The position numbers and the translations under genes are program-made. A DNA stretch of 64,000 nucleotides from positions 1 to 64,000 of IMG/VR virus record IMGVR_UViG_3300017971_000272; one strand, written 5' to 3'. The notes under the pieces are model-generated. The model made no database searches and was not told the origin of the DNA. It saw only the letters and a program-made list of their open reading frames with translations. Numbering within the stretch: position 1 is the stretch's first letter; every line of letters starts with the position of its first letter. The DNA is from a virus. Positions 27,388 through 36,802 of the stretch are shown one piece after another.

Positions 27388-27873
27388 CTATAAAATTAAC
27401 CATTTCGTTCCAGTTGGAAAAATTGTATAGTTTTCATCAGGCCCTACTGTTATAGAGGTTTCCCCATCTATTTCTTCTGATGAATTGCCATCAATAGTTA
27501 TATTGCCTGAACTCGTGTTTTTAATATCATAATTTTTCTTTGCTGCTGTAGATACAGCATGTAAAGTAATAGTGACTCCGGATGCTGTTACTTCTATCAC
27601 ATCATTAGAATCTGAAATAGTTTGATTGGAGGAATAAGAATTATAGGCTCTTGAGGGAACATCTCCACCACCACCTAAATCTGCCCATGCTCCATTTTGG
27701 TATCCTCTGAAAGTATGGGATGTGGAGTTGTAATACCACATCCCATTTCTCGGATTACCTGTACCATTACTATTACTGTCCCATTTATTGCCTCTAATAA
27801 AAGTTAGGCAAGCAGCATCATTAGCATTTTCGCCACAATAATTATGTTGTCGGTACGGTAAAGTTAAAGACAT
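27388..27873 (-). CDS. Fibre/decoration protein
   Basis: N-terminus paralogous to 27887..28918; C-terminal TITL..IKN..NITIDG..E.IDG..W module. Confidence 0.7.
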   Translation of the reverse strand: MSLTLPYRQHNYCGENANDAACLTFIRGNKWDSNSNGTGNPRNGMWYYNSTSHTFRGYQNGAWADLGGGGDVPSRAYNSYSSNQTISDSNDVIEVTASGVTITLHAVSTAAKKNYDIKNTSSGNITIDGNSSEEIDGETSITVGPDENYTIFPTGTKWLIL

Positions 27874-27886
27874 TGCTATCTCCTGT

Positions 27887-28918
27887 TTACATTACAACCC
27901 ATCCACTATTAGTTCCATCTATATTATAATACCCTATATCGTTAGTTGTATCGAAACAGAAATCTCCAATAGCTCCCGAAACCACACCATTTGGATTTCC
28001 TGCATTTGTGGACCTGCCTGATGGATTTCTTGTGTTTAATTCTGTTAATGCTGTCTCTACATCAGTAGCGTTATTTAAGTTGGTCTTACTATCTGTACCA
28101 ACTAATGAAGCGCCCTCACTACCACCTGTAGTACTTCCTATTTCACTTTCTGTGTAATATCTATCATCATGGGTATGTAAAGCAGTATCACCACCACCAG
28201 TCAATCCTGTAGATTGGGCAGATGTTAAATGATAATACTCATTAGTAGTTCCACCTTGCAATCCTGATGTAGCGTTATGCTCTGTTGATGCTGCCCATTC
28301 TCCCCATGAAGCGCCATCGAACACATAAAATTTATTATCGGTTTCATTACGTGTTGTGGTTCCTTCATCTGGAACAGTTTCAACCCATGATGTGCCATTC
28401 CATTCATAAATATAATTATCTGTCCATCCATTTGCTGTAGCTGTAGAAATATATCTATCGCCTACAGAGGGTCCAGGAGGAGTGCTTGCAGTTGGATCAT
28501 AAAAATCAATTACTGATTCTTGCCAATCTTTTCCTTGATCCACATATTCTTTTGTTGCTGCATCTGTGGCATTTGTTGGATAAGCTACATTGGTCAATGC
28601 AAATCCACCCATTGACTGATCACCAGTGAAATCCCTTGTTCCATCTACAAGAGTATATTGTAAATGGTTATCATCTAAATCTCTATCTGTAAGATTATTA
28701 TGAACAAGAGTTCCTTGAGTGAGTTGTGTCCATGATCCATTAGCATATACTTTTAAAACATTCAATGTGGTATCATAAAACAACATACCATTTTGAGGAT
28801 CACCAGTACCATCATTAGTACTATCCCACTTGTTAGCCTGAATAAAAGTCAATGCTGCTGATTCAGTTGCTATCTCACCTAAATAATGATGTTGCCGATA
28901 CGGAGCTGTTAAAGCCAT
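27887..28918 (-). CDS. Fibre/decoration protein
   Basis: TNVAYPT.ATDAATKEYVD, WQESV..GDRYI..WNGTSW (DUF2793-like), HTHDDRYYTE metal-binding fibre motif. Confidence 0.75.
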   Translation of the reverse strand: MALTAPYRQHHYLGEIATESAALTFIQANKWDSTNDGTGDPQNGMLFYDTTLNVLKVYANGSWTQLTQGTLVHNNLTDRDLDDNHLQYTLVDGTRDFTGDQSMGGFALTNVAYPTNATDAATKEYVDQGKDWQESVIDFYDPTASTPPGPSVGDRYISTATANGWTDNYIYEWNGTSWVETVPDEGTTTRNETDNKFYVFDGASWGEWAASTEHNATSGLQGGTTNEYYHLTSAQSTGLTGGGDTALHTHDDRYYTESEIGSTTGGSEGASLVGTDSKTNLNNATDVETALTELNTRNPSGRSTNAGNPNGVVSGAIGDFCFDTTNDIGYYNIDGTNSGWVVM

Positions 28919-28943
28919 TAGTTTTCTCCTTTTTAATAATTAA

Positions 28944-30479
28944 TTAAATAACAAACCACGAGTTCTGACCTGCTAACCTGCATTTATAAAAAATTCCATT
29001 TTCTGTGTCTAAATAAGTCTGATTTTCTATACCTGCAACAATACCATTAGGATTACCAGCTCCACTCAAATCATCAGGTACATAAGGTTCTGCATTCTCC
29101 AAACTGCCTATTACCGTTATTGCATTATCTTCAATGCTTTGTCTTGTTACTGCATCAACAAACATATTACTGATAGTAAGGGTTCCTCCATCAACAGTAC
29201 AATTATAAAAACCTTTTGGAGGATAATAATTTACTTGGGATGCAGTTATACCACCTTGTATTTGGCATTCAATAAATCTTCCAACTCCAGTAGCTGTAAT
29301 TAATCCATCAAATTCTGTTGATCTTGCTATGTTTATATTTACATTTGGAAGATTAAAAGATCTATCAAAGAAACATTTTTCTATTTGTATATTATGAACT
29401 GATCCAAGCTCACTGGCATTAGCAAGTACATCTCCCTGAACCTTAACACCACATAGATAGGTTTCATGAGAAGTGGTATTTCCATCTTCATGATTAAAAT
29501 TTAAATCTCCAGAAATAATCATGTTACCTGTACCATATGCTGCATGAGTACTGGATGTTTCCCCGCTTACTCCTTTGATATTAAAGGCAGGTCTTGAAGG
29601 GGCTTCTGCTGGTTCACCTGTAGCTGTGTTATTTACTGTCACACTTCTTGGAATAGTAGAATTGTAGATATCTGAAGCACCATCACCTATAATCACTGTT
29701 CCATAGCATAAAAATGTTATCATTCTTTGTTTAGGAATAATCACATTTTCATCATATTGTCCTGCTTTGATATGTATAGTTATTTTTTGACGTGCATCAG
29801 CGCTATCTACAGGAGGTCCTATGGCGTTTAAACAATCCTGAATGCTTGAGTATGGATTATAAAAAGAACCATCAGGATTAGCCACTACAGCTTCAAAATT
29901 AACGAAATAATCCTTTGTTCCAAAATATGGCTCATCATTCTCTACAATATAGCCATCATTACTTGATAAATCTGAATTAGTTAATACCTGTTCTTCTTTG
30001 TTTGCTGGATCATATACGGCTTTTGTCATATCTCCAGCACCACCACCTGATGTGACATTAACCCATACAGCAGCACCAGTTGTATTATCCGCTAAGATAT
30101 AAACAATATCAGTATCAGTATTAACCCATACAGTACCAATCAATAAATTAACACCAATACCTCCAGTATTCACAGCATCATCATTTACTCCTGGATCTCT
30201 ATTTGTTGAGATCCTTTGAGCCATATTGGTATGATTACCTGTGCCATAAACACCAGCATCTAAATTAGTTAATCCAAGATGATCAGATGTCCCTGTACCA
30301 CCTTGAGCTATATTAACCCATCTTGCGTTCCCTGGAGTATTATTTACTAAACAATACGGAATTTCTGTTACTTCATCTACCCAAATAGATCCTAATTGAT
30401 ATCCGGAATCCTCACTTCCTGGAGAACCCTCCCTTTGTATAGTAGGATCGCTTATTATTGGTGGAAAGATTGAAGTCAT
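28944..30479 (-). CDS. Fibre/decoration protein with beta-helix-like region
   Basis: Two P..DD..G..GS.WV..Y....T.G.A.W modules; DGSFYNPYSSIQD..IHIKAGQYDENV (pectin-lyase-like start). Confidence 0.7.
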   Translation of the reverse strand: MTSIFPPIISDPTIQREGSPGSEDSGYQLGSIWVDEVTEIPYCLVNNTPGNARWVNIAQGGTGTSDHLGLTNLDAGVYGTGNHTNMAQRISTNRDPGVNDDAVNTGGIGVNLLIGTVWVNTDTDIVYILADNTTGAAVWVNVTSGGGAGDMTKAVYDPANKEEQVLTNSDLSSNDGYIVENDEPYFGTKDYFVNFEAVVANPDGSFYNPYSSIQDCLNAIGPPVDSADARQKITIHIKAGQYDENVIIPKQRMITFLCYGTVIIGDGASDIYNSTIPRSVTVNNTATGEPAEAPSRPAFNIKGVSGETSSTHAAYGTGNMIISGDLNFNHEDGNTTSHETYLCGVKVQGDVLANASELGSVHNIQIEKCFFDRSFNLPNVNINIARSTEFDGLITATGVGRFIECQIQGGITASQVNYYPPKGFYNCTVDGGTLTISNMFVDAVTRQSIEDNAITVIGSLENAEPYVPDDLSGAGNPNGIVAGIENQTYLDTENGIFYKCRLAGQNSWFVI

Positions 30480-30488
30480 GATATTCTC

Positions 30489-30788
30489 CTACATTGATAA
30501 GACCATATTAACAGAGCCACCAGCATAATTTTCAACAACAGCTCTTACATATGAAAAATTAATATAAAGCCCTTCACATATATTGGAGGTCCATTTACCT
30601 CCACTAACCTTACACCATTGAGCTTCTGATGGATCACCATCAGTTATGGTCCCTTCAAGAACTACAGTTGTGCCTCCTTGTAATCCCCATATTTGCATTG
30701 GTATAGGAGCATTTCGTGTTCTGTTTATCTTTATAGGTTCCCCTGTTATATTTTCAGTAACATCTTTTAATAATGTTTCTATATTCAT
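30489..30788 (-). CDS. Small virion beta-sandwich protein
   Basis: Q..G..GGTTVVLEG..W..F.YVRA pattern. Confidence 0.6.
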   Translation of the reverse strand: MNIETLLKDVTENITGEPIKINRTRNAPIPMQIWGLQGGTTVVLEGTITDGDPSEAQWCKVSGGKWTSNICEGLYINFSYVRAVVENYAGGSVNMVLSM

Positions 30789-30812
30789 CTAATTAATCCC
30801 TTAATGCAGTGT

Positions 30813-30974
30813 TTATTTTTTATTGCTCTGTCTTTTTATGGCATGTCCTTGAATAGCAGCCTTCTTCTTTGCTTTTTTTCTCGAACTATCGCTGCCAGTT
30901 TTGTAATAGTATTTCTTTCCTGAACCCCATCTATAAAATGATCCTTTACTGTCTTTTCCTCTTCTGACTGGCAT
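30813..30974 (-). CDS. Small basic protein
   Basis: Likely start MPVRRGKD after AGAGGA; YRWGSGKKYYY..A..QG.AI. Confidence 0.6.
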   Translation of the reverse strand: MPVRRGKDSKGSFYRWGSGKKYYYKTGSDSSRKKAKKKAAIQGHAIKRQSNKK

Positions 30975-31139
30975 CTGCAAATTTCCTCTAATTTTTGTAT
31001 GATAAAAGCGATCCAAAAAGCTATTCCCCATGAAAACAAGAAGCTGCTCAATGACATTAATAATATACAAGCAAATAATTTTTTCTTTATTTCTTTTAAA
31101 GAGAACAAATTAATCACCTCATTATTAAATATTGATAGA

Positions 31140-31373
31140 TTATCGCTTCTTGATATTAACTTTTCTTTTCATTCCTTTAATATTTATAGATGGAAATTTT
31201 TTATGTACTGCTTTTCTTACTTTTGCTTTTTCTGATGATGTGCCAAATTGAGCTACTCTTGCTAAGGCATTACGAGCATGGGATATATCTTGAATTGGGT
31301 ATTTGCGTTGTTTAGGAAGTGCGAAAGAACTTGACTTCATCCTTTTTCGTTTGTTGTATCTTAAGACAGCCAT
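31140..31373 (-). CDS. Small basic protein (DUF6582-like)
   Basis: FALPKQRKYPIQDISHARNALAR; AAGGAG SD. Confidence 0.7.
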   Translation of the reverse strand: MAVLRYNKRKRMKSSSFALPKQRKYPIQDISHARNALARVAQFGTSSEKAKVRKAVHKKFPSINIKGMKRKVNIKKR

Positions 31374-31564
31374 TCTTCATCTCCTTCAAAAGCATAACAT
31401 TCGTAGTCAAGGGCAGAGTATAATTCACTATGTATATCAGCAATTAAAAATTCAACATCATTAAAGTACTTAGAAGGAAAATAAATAAGGGGGATGTTTT
31501 TATCTTTTTTATTAAGTAATCTATAAACATGCATAAATCCCCCTATTACAATGTGATTATTATA

Positions 31565-31780
31565 TCATTGTTTTTTAGCTCTTTTTTGCCTTACAGGTCT
31601 TTTAGGTACGGGTTCCTGAATCACTACTGTATCTTCTTCAACTTCATCTTCATTATCTTCTTCAACTTCATCTTCATCAGTAATATGTAAAGTTACTAAT
31701 CCCGCATCAAGTTGTTCCCTTGCGTCTATAGGATGCAATAATATTTTTTTCTTTGTTTTTTTATCTAACACAGCTATCAT
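31565..31780 (-). CDS. Hypothetical protein downstream of capsid genes
   Basis: GGAGG SD; HPIDARE motif. Confidence 0.65.
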   Translation of the reverse strand: MIAVLDKKTKKKILLHPIDAREQLDAGLVTLHITDEDEVEEDNEDEVEEDTVVIQEPVPKRPVRQKRAKKQ

Positions 31781-31802
31781 TGGTTTCCTCCATTAATATT
31801 AC

Positions 31803-31826
31803 ATAGGGGGAAAGAATCCCCCTATA
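31803..31826 (-). terminator. Hairpin after the capsid/cement genes
   Basis: ATAGGGGGA..TCCCCCTAT inverted repeat. Confidence 0.65.
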
Positions 31827-31837
31827 TCGTTATTTTC

Positions 31838-32269
31838 TTATTTGCTAAGATATATCAGATTATTGATACCTGTTGCTACTGTACCAGCAACAACAGTATA
31901 AGCTCTAAGATACCTGTAAGTAGTATCATTAAGAAAATTATTAAATGGAAGATTATATATGCCCACACCTACATCAGCATCACCAACAAGCTGAGTAGCA
32001 TCCCCCATTTCAAAGGCCACAATATCAACAATATCATTGCCTGTAAATCCTTCAGTATTGGTTCCTTGAAGTTTTACAGTATATTTCTCATCACCAGTAT
32101 CAACTTCACAGGCTTGGCAATTAATAACCATAACCCCTTCTGTGAAACCTCCACCAGTATCAAATTCCTTTGCTGAACCATCTACTTTTCCAGCACCACT
32201 TGATGTGATAAGACCTTCATTATTTAACAGTCCTTCGACATCATATATCTTTTGTCTGTTACCCATCAT
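31838..32269 (-). CDS. Capsid cement/decoration protein (Bbp16-like)
   Basis: Directly after the major capsid gene; beta-rich with YRYLRAY.V.G. Confidence 0.7.
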   Translation of the reverse strand: MMGNRQKIYDVEGLLNNEGLITSSGAGKVDGSAKEFDTGGGFTEGVMVINCQACEVDTGDEKYTVKLQGTNTEGFTGNDIVDIVAFEMGDATQLVGDADVGVGIYNLPFNNFLNDTTYRYLRAYTVVAGTVATGINNLIYLSK

Positions 32270-32337
32270 GATTATATGTCCTCCTGATGTATTTAAATTT
32301 TTAAATTTTTAAATATGAATAATATTATGAATAAAAA

Positions 32338-33279
32338 CTATTTAACTACTTCAGCGTTCTTGATGCCCCAAAGTCGTGCAGCAGCACGATAACGCATAAT
32401 AGCAAGGGTAAAGTACCATTTAATTCTGGTACGATATACAGGTGAATTCGGGATTTCGCCGAGATCTTTTACTTGCATATCCCCATTCTGTAGACCAACT
32501 ACACCATTTTCAGTGAAAGACACACAGTAAATGGAGGATGATGCAGCAGAACCACCTCCAGGTTGAGTCTCAGTAAATGGCATAATATCACTGTAGTTTT
32601 CATCCTTATCAGCTATAAGAATTGGAAGATCATTGTATTTGGTTATTTGTCTTCCAAATGCATCAGTATCATAGGTAATATAACCACCTACATCTGTGTT
32701 TCTTGCAGCAGCAGTGATACGTCTACGTAAAGTTTTATTCATAACAAGATGTGTGGGGTCTTCTACGGAGTCAATAAGCTCATCAAGTTTAATTAAAGAT
32801 AAGGCATCTCCACCTGATGAACTGCCAGCAGGAATGATAGTAGGCATAGCAGTATCATTACATCTAACTTGCAGACCATCAAATTCCTTTGGATCACTGC
32901 TAACATCTCCCTTAATGATCTTTTTTGTCATTTTAAGAGACAATGCTTTAATCTGTAGTTCTTCCTGATCAGACCGGATATCACCTCCACCAGTCTCAAC
33001 AAGAAAATCATCTACATCAAGTTCACCACCTGAAGCAGTTAAACTCTCAGTGATCTTACTGAACTGACCTGTTCCTCTTGGAAGAGGCTCATTGATTCCA
33101 CGAAATCCCACATTAGGCAGGACTTTCTCTCTAAGGAAGGTGATGGCATTCCCATCAATATTCTTAATGGGAATAGACATCATGATATCAGAATTTCTTG
33201 CGTACAATTCCATTACAGCGGACTCGACTTGCATGTCTCGTCCCAATGCCATTTTTGACATTTCAACTAATGTTAACAT
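32338..33279 (-). CDS. Major capsid protein (HK97 fold)
   Basis: LPNVGFRGINE, GGELDVD, GD..DPKEFDGLQVR, SSIYCV, YRTRIKWY..AAARL.GI; AGGAGG SD. Confidence 0.9.
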   Translation of the reverse strand: MLTLVEMSKMALGRDMQVESAVMELYARNSDIMMSIPIKNIDGNAITFLREKVLPNVGFRGINEPLPRGTGQFSKITESLTASGGELDVDDFLVETGGGDIRSDQEELQIKALSLKMTKKIIKGDVSSDPKEFDGLQVRCNDTAMPTIIPAGSSSGGDALSLIKLDELIDSVEDPTHLVMNKTLRRRITAAARNTDVGGYITYDTDAFGRQITKYNDLPILIADKDENYSDIMPFTETQPGGGSAASSSIYCVSFTENGVVGLQNGDMQVKDLGEIPNSPVYRTRIKWYFTLAIMRYRAAARLWGIKNAEVVK

Positions 33280-33399
33280 TATAAAACCTCCTATTGATGT
33301 TTTAAGTTTAAGTTATTAATTATAAATTATCAATTAATAGCTCACCGAGCTTAGTCCGCCCTACACCGCAAGGAGGTATCTTATACTACTGGATGTTAA

Positions 33400-34176
33400 C
33401 TATTTACTTTTTGCTGCCCTTGCTCTCCTAATGCGTTCACCTGGAGATAATTTACCCCATTCTACTTTTTCGCCTTTACCATGAGATCGGTTCCCCTCAG
33501 ATCCAGATCCTTCAGATGGTGTGAAAAAATATGGTTTTTCATGAGGTAAATTAGATGCCCATTCCTCAATGGATAAAGGAGATGCTCCATCTTTGCCCGG
33601 AATCACATGCCCGTTTGCATCCAAAGCAACTGGTTTCATATCCTCATTCATTGTGAATACTGTTGAACCATATCTAATGACATCGTCCATTGCACCTTGA
33701 GCAACATTAGCAACAGCTAACACATGCTTTTGTACTTGGTTATCTATTCTTTCCCTTGCTAATTCATTTGTCAGTTTACCTATACTACTATCTCTTTCAG
33801 ATACAGATTCCTGAAATGCTTTAATTTGATTATCGTAATCGCCACGCATCCGTTCAGTACGTGATGCTACTAATTCATCAATAGCATTATCATCATACAT
33901 CTTATTTTCGTTAAATAGTTTTTCTTTGGAAAGCAGTTCTTTGTATTTTTCAGGATCAATATTTTTGATCTTTTCAAGAGACATTTTCAAATTGTCTCTT
34001 TCTTTCATGATCTCTATATTGTTATTCCTAAACTCCTTAACCTTTTCCTGCATTGATTGTAGTTCAGGCAATCCTTGAACTTGTAAATAATACTTTCCGT
34101 CTTCATCATTTTTCTTGTAACTGGATTGAATCGCCTCCGGCAATTCTTCGATTGTGTCTAAAACTAATTTAAGCAT
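33400..34176 (-). CDS. Capsid scaffolding protein
   Basis: LKL..IEELPE..Y..DGKYYLQV.G start, coiled coil, GSGSEG tail; upstream of the capsid gene. Confidence 0.85.
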   Translation of the reverse strand: MLKLVLDTIEELPEAIQSSYKKNDEDGKYYLQVQGLPELQSMQEKVKEFRNNNIEIMKERDNLKMSLEKIKNIDPEKYKELLSKEKLFNENKMYDDNAIDELVASRTERMRGDYDNQIKAFQESVSERDSSIGKLTNELARERIDNQVQKHVLAVANVAQGAMDDVIRYGSTVFTMNEDMKPVALDANGHVIPGKDGASPLSIEEWASNLPHEKPYFFTPSEGSGSEGNRSHGKGEKVEWGKLSPGERIRRARAAKSK

Positions 34177-34286
34177 AAAATAGAACCTCCGGTTCTTTTT
34201 AATAAGGTGTGATAAGTTAAAAATATCTCTATTATTTATTGGTTAAGTGATACATTATAAAAAGTCAATAATTTTCTAAGGAGGCT

Positions 34287-34463
34287 TTAAAATAACAAAG
34301 ATAAATTGCATTTTTCTATGTCCTCCTCTCTGTTTTTTATTATTTGATTAATTACTGTAATAGCCTTTTCATATCTACTGATATCATGTTTTATTTTTAC
34401 ATACTGAACTAATATATGAGCATCTTCAATACTTCTTTTATCAAATACACTTAAATCTGTCAT
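34287..34463 (-). CDS. 58-aa hypothetical protein (below ORF-track cut-off)
   Basis: ATGA overlap with the MuF stop; open to TAA at 34287. Confidence 0.45.
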   Translation of the reverse strand: MTDLSVFDKRSIEDAHILVQYVKIKHDISRYEKAITVINQIIKNREEDIEKCNLSLLF

Positions 34464-36802
34464 ACTAAACCTTTTGCTTTATTATATAGTTCTGGAAATG
34501 CTGATTTTAAAACATATCTTCCATAACGATCTTTAACTACAGCGCCATTCTTAATCATCTTATCTAATGTGGGTTTAAATGTCTTATCTTTAATATTCCA
34601 AGATGCCTTTTTAATCTGATTTTCTGTGAGAGGTTTATTTGCTAATTCTATTTGTAATCTATTACTCTGTGCTTGTGCAAGAAACTTTTTATTATTCATC
34701 TCAACTAATGTTAATGGTCTTCCATCCTGTTTTATCATTTGAGATGTGCTTATCTTATTTTGCTTCCATAATTTATATCTACCTGGACCAAGTATTTCAA
34801 TCTGCTTTGATTTGGGTAAACTCTGTAACCATTTATCAGTTGTTTCAAATCGCTTGGTATCTAATTTAGTTTCTTTACCTTTTAACTGATCAAGCTTTCT
34901 CCCATACTTTCTCTCCAATCCAGCATCAGCAACTAATTGTTCATATGATTTAGTAATGGGAACTTTTATAGTACGACAATTATGAACTATACAATTCTCT
35001 GCAATATAAGTTTCATCTTCATCAACAGCAAGATTATATACTTGAATTTCCTTAACTTTTTTCTCTTCAATTGATAATATCTTAGAAACTTTCCAACAAG
35101 AAGGAGGATCAATATGGATAAAAGATTTCTTAAAGATCTTATTACGAAAGAACATTTTGATAGAGGAAAATCTATCCGAGAAATAGCCAGAAACCTCTCT
35201 GTTTCTCCTGATAAAATCTACTATTATTGTAAAAAATTTGGAATCAAATACCGATCTCAAAGAGAAGCTTCGAGTATTGCTCTGACTAAAACAAGAGCCA
35301 CAACTCCCCATCCAAGACTTGGCAAAACTAAAGAAACTTGTTCCGTTATCGCATCCCACAGCAAAAGAATGTCTGAAAATAATCCTTCTCAAAGAAAACA
35401 CATTAGAGAAAAAATGTCCAAATCGTTGAGTGAACATCTTAGAAATAATCCCACTAAATACGAAAATAAAATTATTGAATTTCTTGGAGATTATAGAAAT
35501 TATATCTTTCAATATCCCATTGGCATATACATTGCTGATTTTGCCTTTCCAAAACATAAAATTATTCTGGAAATTGATGGGAAAAGTCATATGAATCGGA
35601 ATCGAAAAAGACGTGATATCATAAGAGACAGGAGCCTCATCGATCTCGAATGGATAATCATTAGGTATCTTGAGCCTAAAAAGGGTAGAATCTTTCATGC
35701 TAAAAGAATCTTTCGTATACTGGAATACTTTATCCCCGACTTGAACATCTCCAAACGTCTTCCAGCCCCTAAAAAATGTGAGTATGGGGTGCTCATACGT
35801 TCCGCTCAATATCCTACCGGAATCCGTGTTAAAAATCCTGATCATCTTGTTTCTTATGGTTTTTGACATAGTAGAATAGACATATTTAAATTGACCAGTA
35901 TGCGTTAAAACTCTATCTCCGACTTTAACATCTTCTATTGGTATTTCTCCTTTACTGGTCAATATTTTAGTACCCTTAACCAATGCATTCCAATGGAATG
36001 GAGGACCTCCTGCTACTGGATATGGAATATTATGTCCTATAGGTTGATAATCTAATGTGTATTTACGGCCATGAAGACCTTGACATAATCTTGTTGTGCG
36101 TCTATCAAGAATAGCTACTATCTCCCATCCATTAAATATATCTTGATGTTCTTTGTATACTTGATCATTAGCTTGATTACTAACAGTCAATACAGATGTT
36201 CTAACAAGGGCTTCAGCTTGTCTTCTTGGGATATCTAATATACCTGGACGTCCTTTAGTTCCTTTGATTCTTGTAATGAGTTCTCCAACTGTTTCCCTCT
36301 GAATAATTCCTATTTGCATTTCTCTTGTTGCTTCTTGGAACATTCTCTTAACTGCATCACTGGTATTATCTTTTTGCTTTTTCCACCAATCCTTTACAAG
36401 TCCACCATCTATCAGAGTATTGTTAACAACAGAGTTCAATAAATTTTTAGATATCTTAACTGAAAATACATCCATCACAGTTGTATTTAATAAAGCTGCT
36501 GTGCGTTGATAATTATAATCAGCTATATCTTTTAAAGAGCTATTAGTTTCTTTACTGATTTCTTTATAGTGTTCACTTAATATTCTATCAACTTCTATCT
36601 GTAGTTTTTCAAGTCGTTGTTTTTTATACCGTGATGCTTTTGGAGCTGTTGGATCTATCCTTGCTGTTTTATCTATGATATCTTTTTCAGCATCTTTTAA
36701 TAGATCATAAACCTTTCTATTTAAATTAGCAGCAAGCCTTTCATTGATTATATGTTTAATCAATAACTCATCAGCCAATGTGACATTTACATTTATACTC
36801 AT
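34460..36802 (-). CDS. Head morphogenesis protein (MuF/SPP1 gp7) containing an intein
   Basis: AEALVRT, AILDRRTT..C..LHG, and PPFHWN|CRT split by a Hint domain; follows the portal. Confidence 0.9.
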   Translation of the reverse strand: MSINVNVTLADELLIKHIINERLAANLNRKVYDLLKDAEKDIIDKTARIDPTAPKASRYKKQRLEKLQIEVDRILSEHYKEISKETNSSLKDIADYNYQRTAALLNTTVMDVFSVKISKNLLNSVVNNTLIDGGLVKDWWKKQKDNTSDAVKRMFQEATREMQIGIIQRETVGELITRIKGTKGRPGILDIPRRQAEALVRTSVLTVSNQANDQVYKEHQDIFNGWEIVAILDRRTTRLCQGLHGRKYTLDYQPIGHNIPYPVAGGPPFHWNALVKGTKILTSKGEIPIEDVKVGDRVLTHTGQFKYVYSTMSKTIRNKMIRIFNTDSGRILSGTYEHPILTFFRGWKTFGDVQVGDKVFQYTKDSFSMKDSTLFRLKIPNDYPFEIDEAPVSYDITSFSIPIHMTFPINFQNNFMFWKGKISNVYANGILKDIISIISKKFNNFIFVFSGIISKMFTQRFGHFFSNVFSLRRIIFRHSFAVGCDNGTSFFSFAKSWMGSCGSCFSQSNTRSFSLRSVFDSKFFTIIVDFIRRNREVSGYFSDRFSSIKMFFRNKIFKKSFIHIDPPSCWKVSKILSIEEKKVKEIQVYNLAVDEDETYIAENCIVHNCRTIKVPITKSYEQLVADAGLERKYGRKLDQLKGKETKLDTKRFETTDKWLQSLPKSKQIEILGPGRYKLWKQNKISTSQMIKQDGRPLTLVEMNNKKFLAQAQSNRLQIELANKPLTENQIKKASWNIKDKTFKPTLDKMIKNGAVVKDRYGRYVLKSAFPELYNKAKGLV
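34979..35986 (-). mobile_element. Intein, 336 aa (residues 273-608), Ala1, ends His-Asn, +1 Cys
   Basis: ALVKGTKILT..PIEDVKVGDRVLTH, block B GTYEHP, block F/G VYNLAVDEDETYIAENCIVHN|C. Confidence 0.92.
35114..35866 (+). CDS. Vsr/DUF559-like endonuclease nested antisense in the intein
   Basis: AAGGAGG SD at 35101-35107. N-terminal HTH (KSIREIARNLSVS), NUMOD3-like (NNPS..IREKMSKSL), nuclease motifs PTKYE..FQYPIG.YIADF..ILEIDG.SH..D..RD..L..W.IIR. Confidence 0.85.
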   Translation: MDKRFLKDLITKEHFDRGKSIREIARNLSVSPDKIYYYCKKFGIKYRSQREASSIALTKTRATTPHPRLGKTKETCSVIASHSKRMSENNPSQRKHIREKMSKSLSEHLRNNPTKYENKIIEFLGDYRNYIFQYPIGIYIADFAFPKHKIILEIDGKSHMNRNRKRRDIIRDRSLIDLEWIIIRYLEPKKGRIFHAKRIFRILEYFIPDLNISKRLPAPKKCEYGVLIRSAQYPTGIRVKNPDHLVSYGF

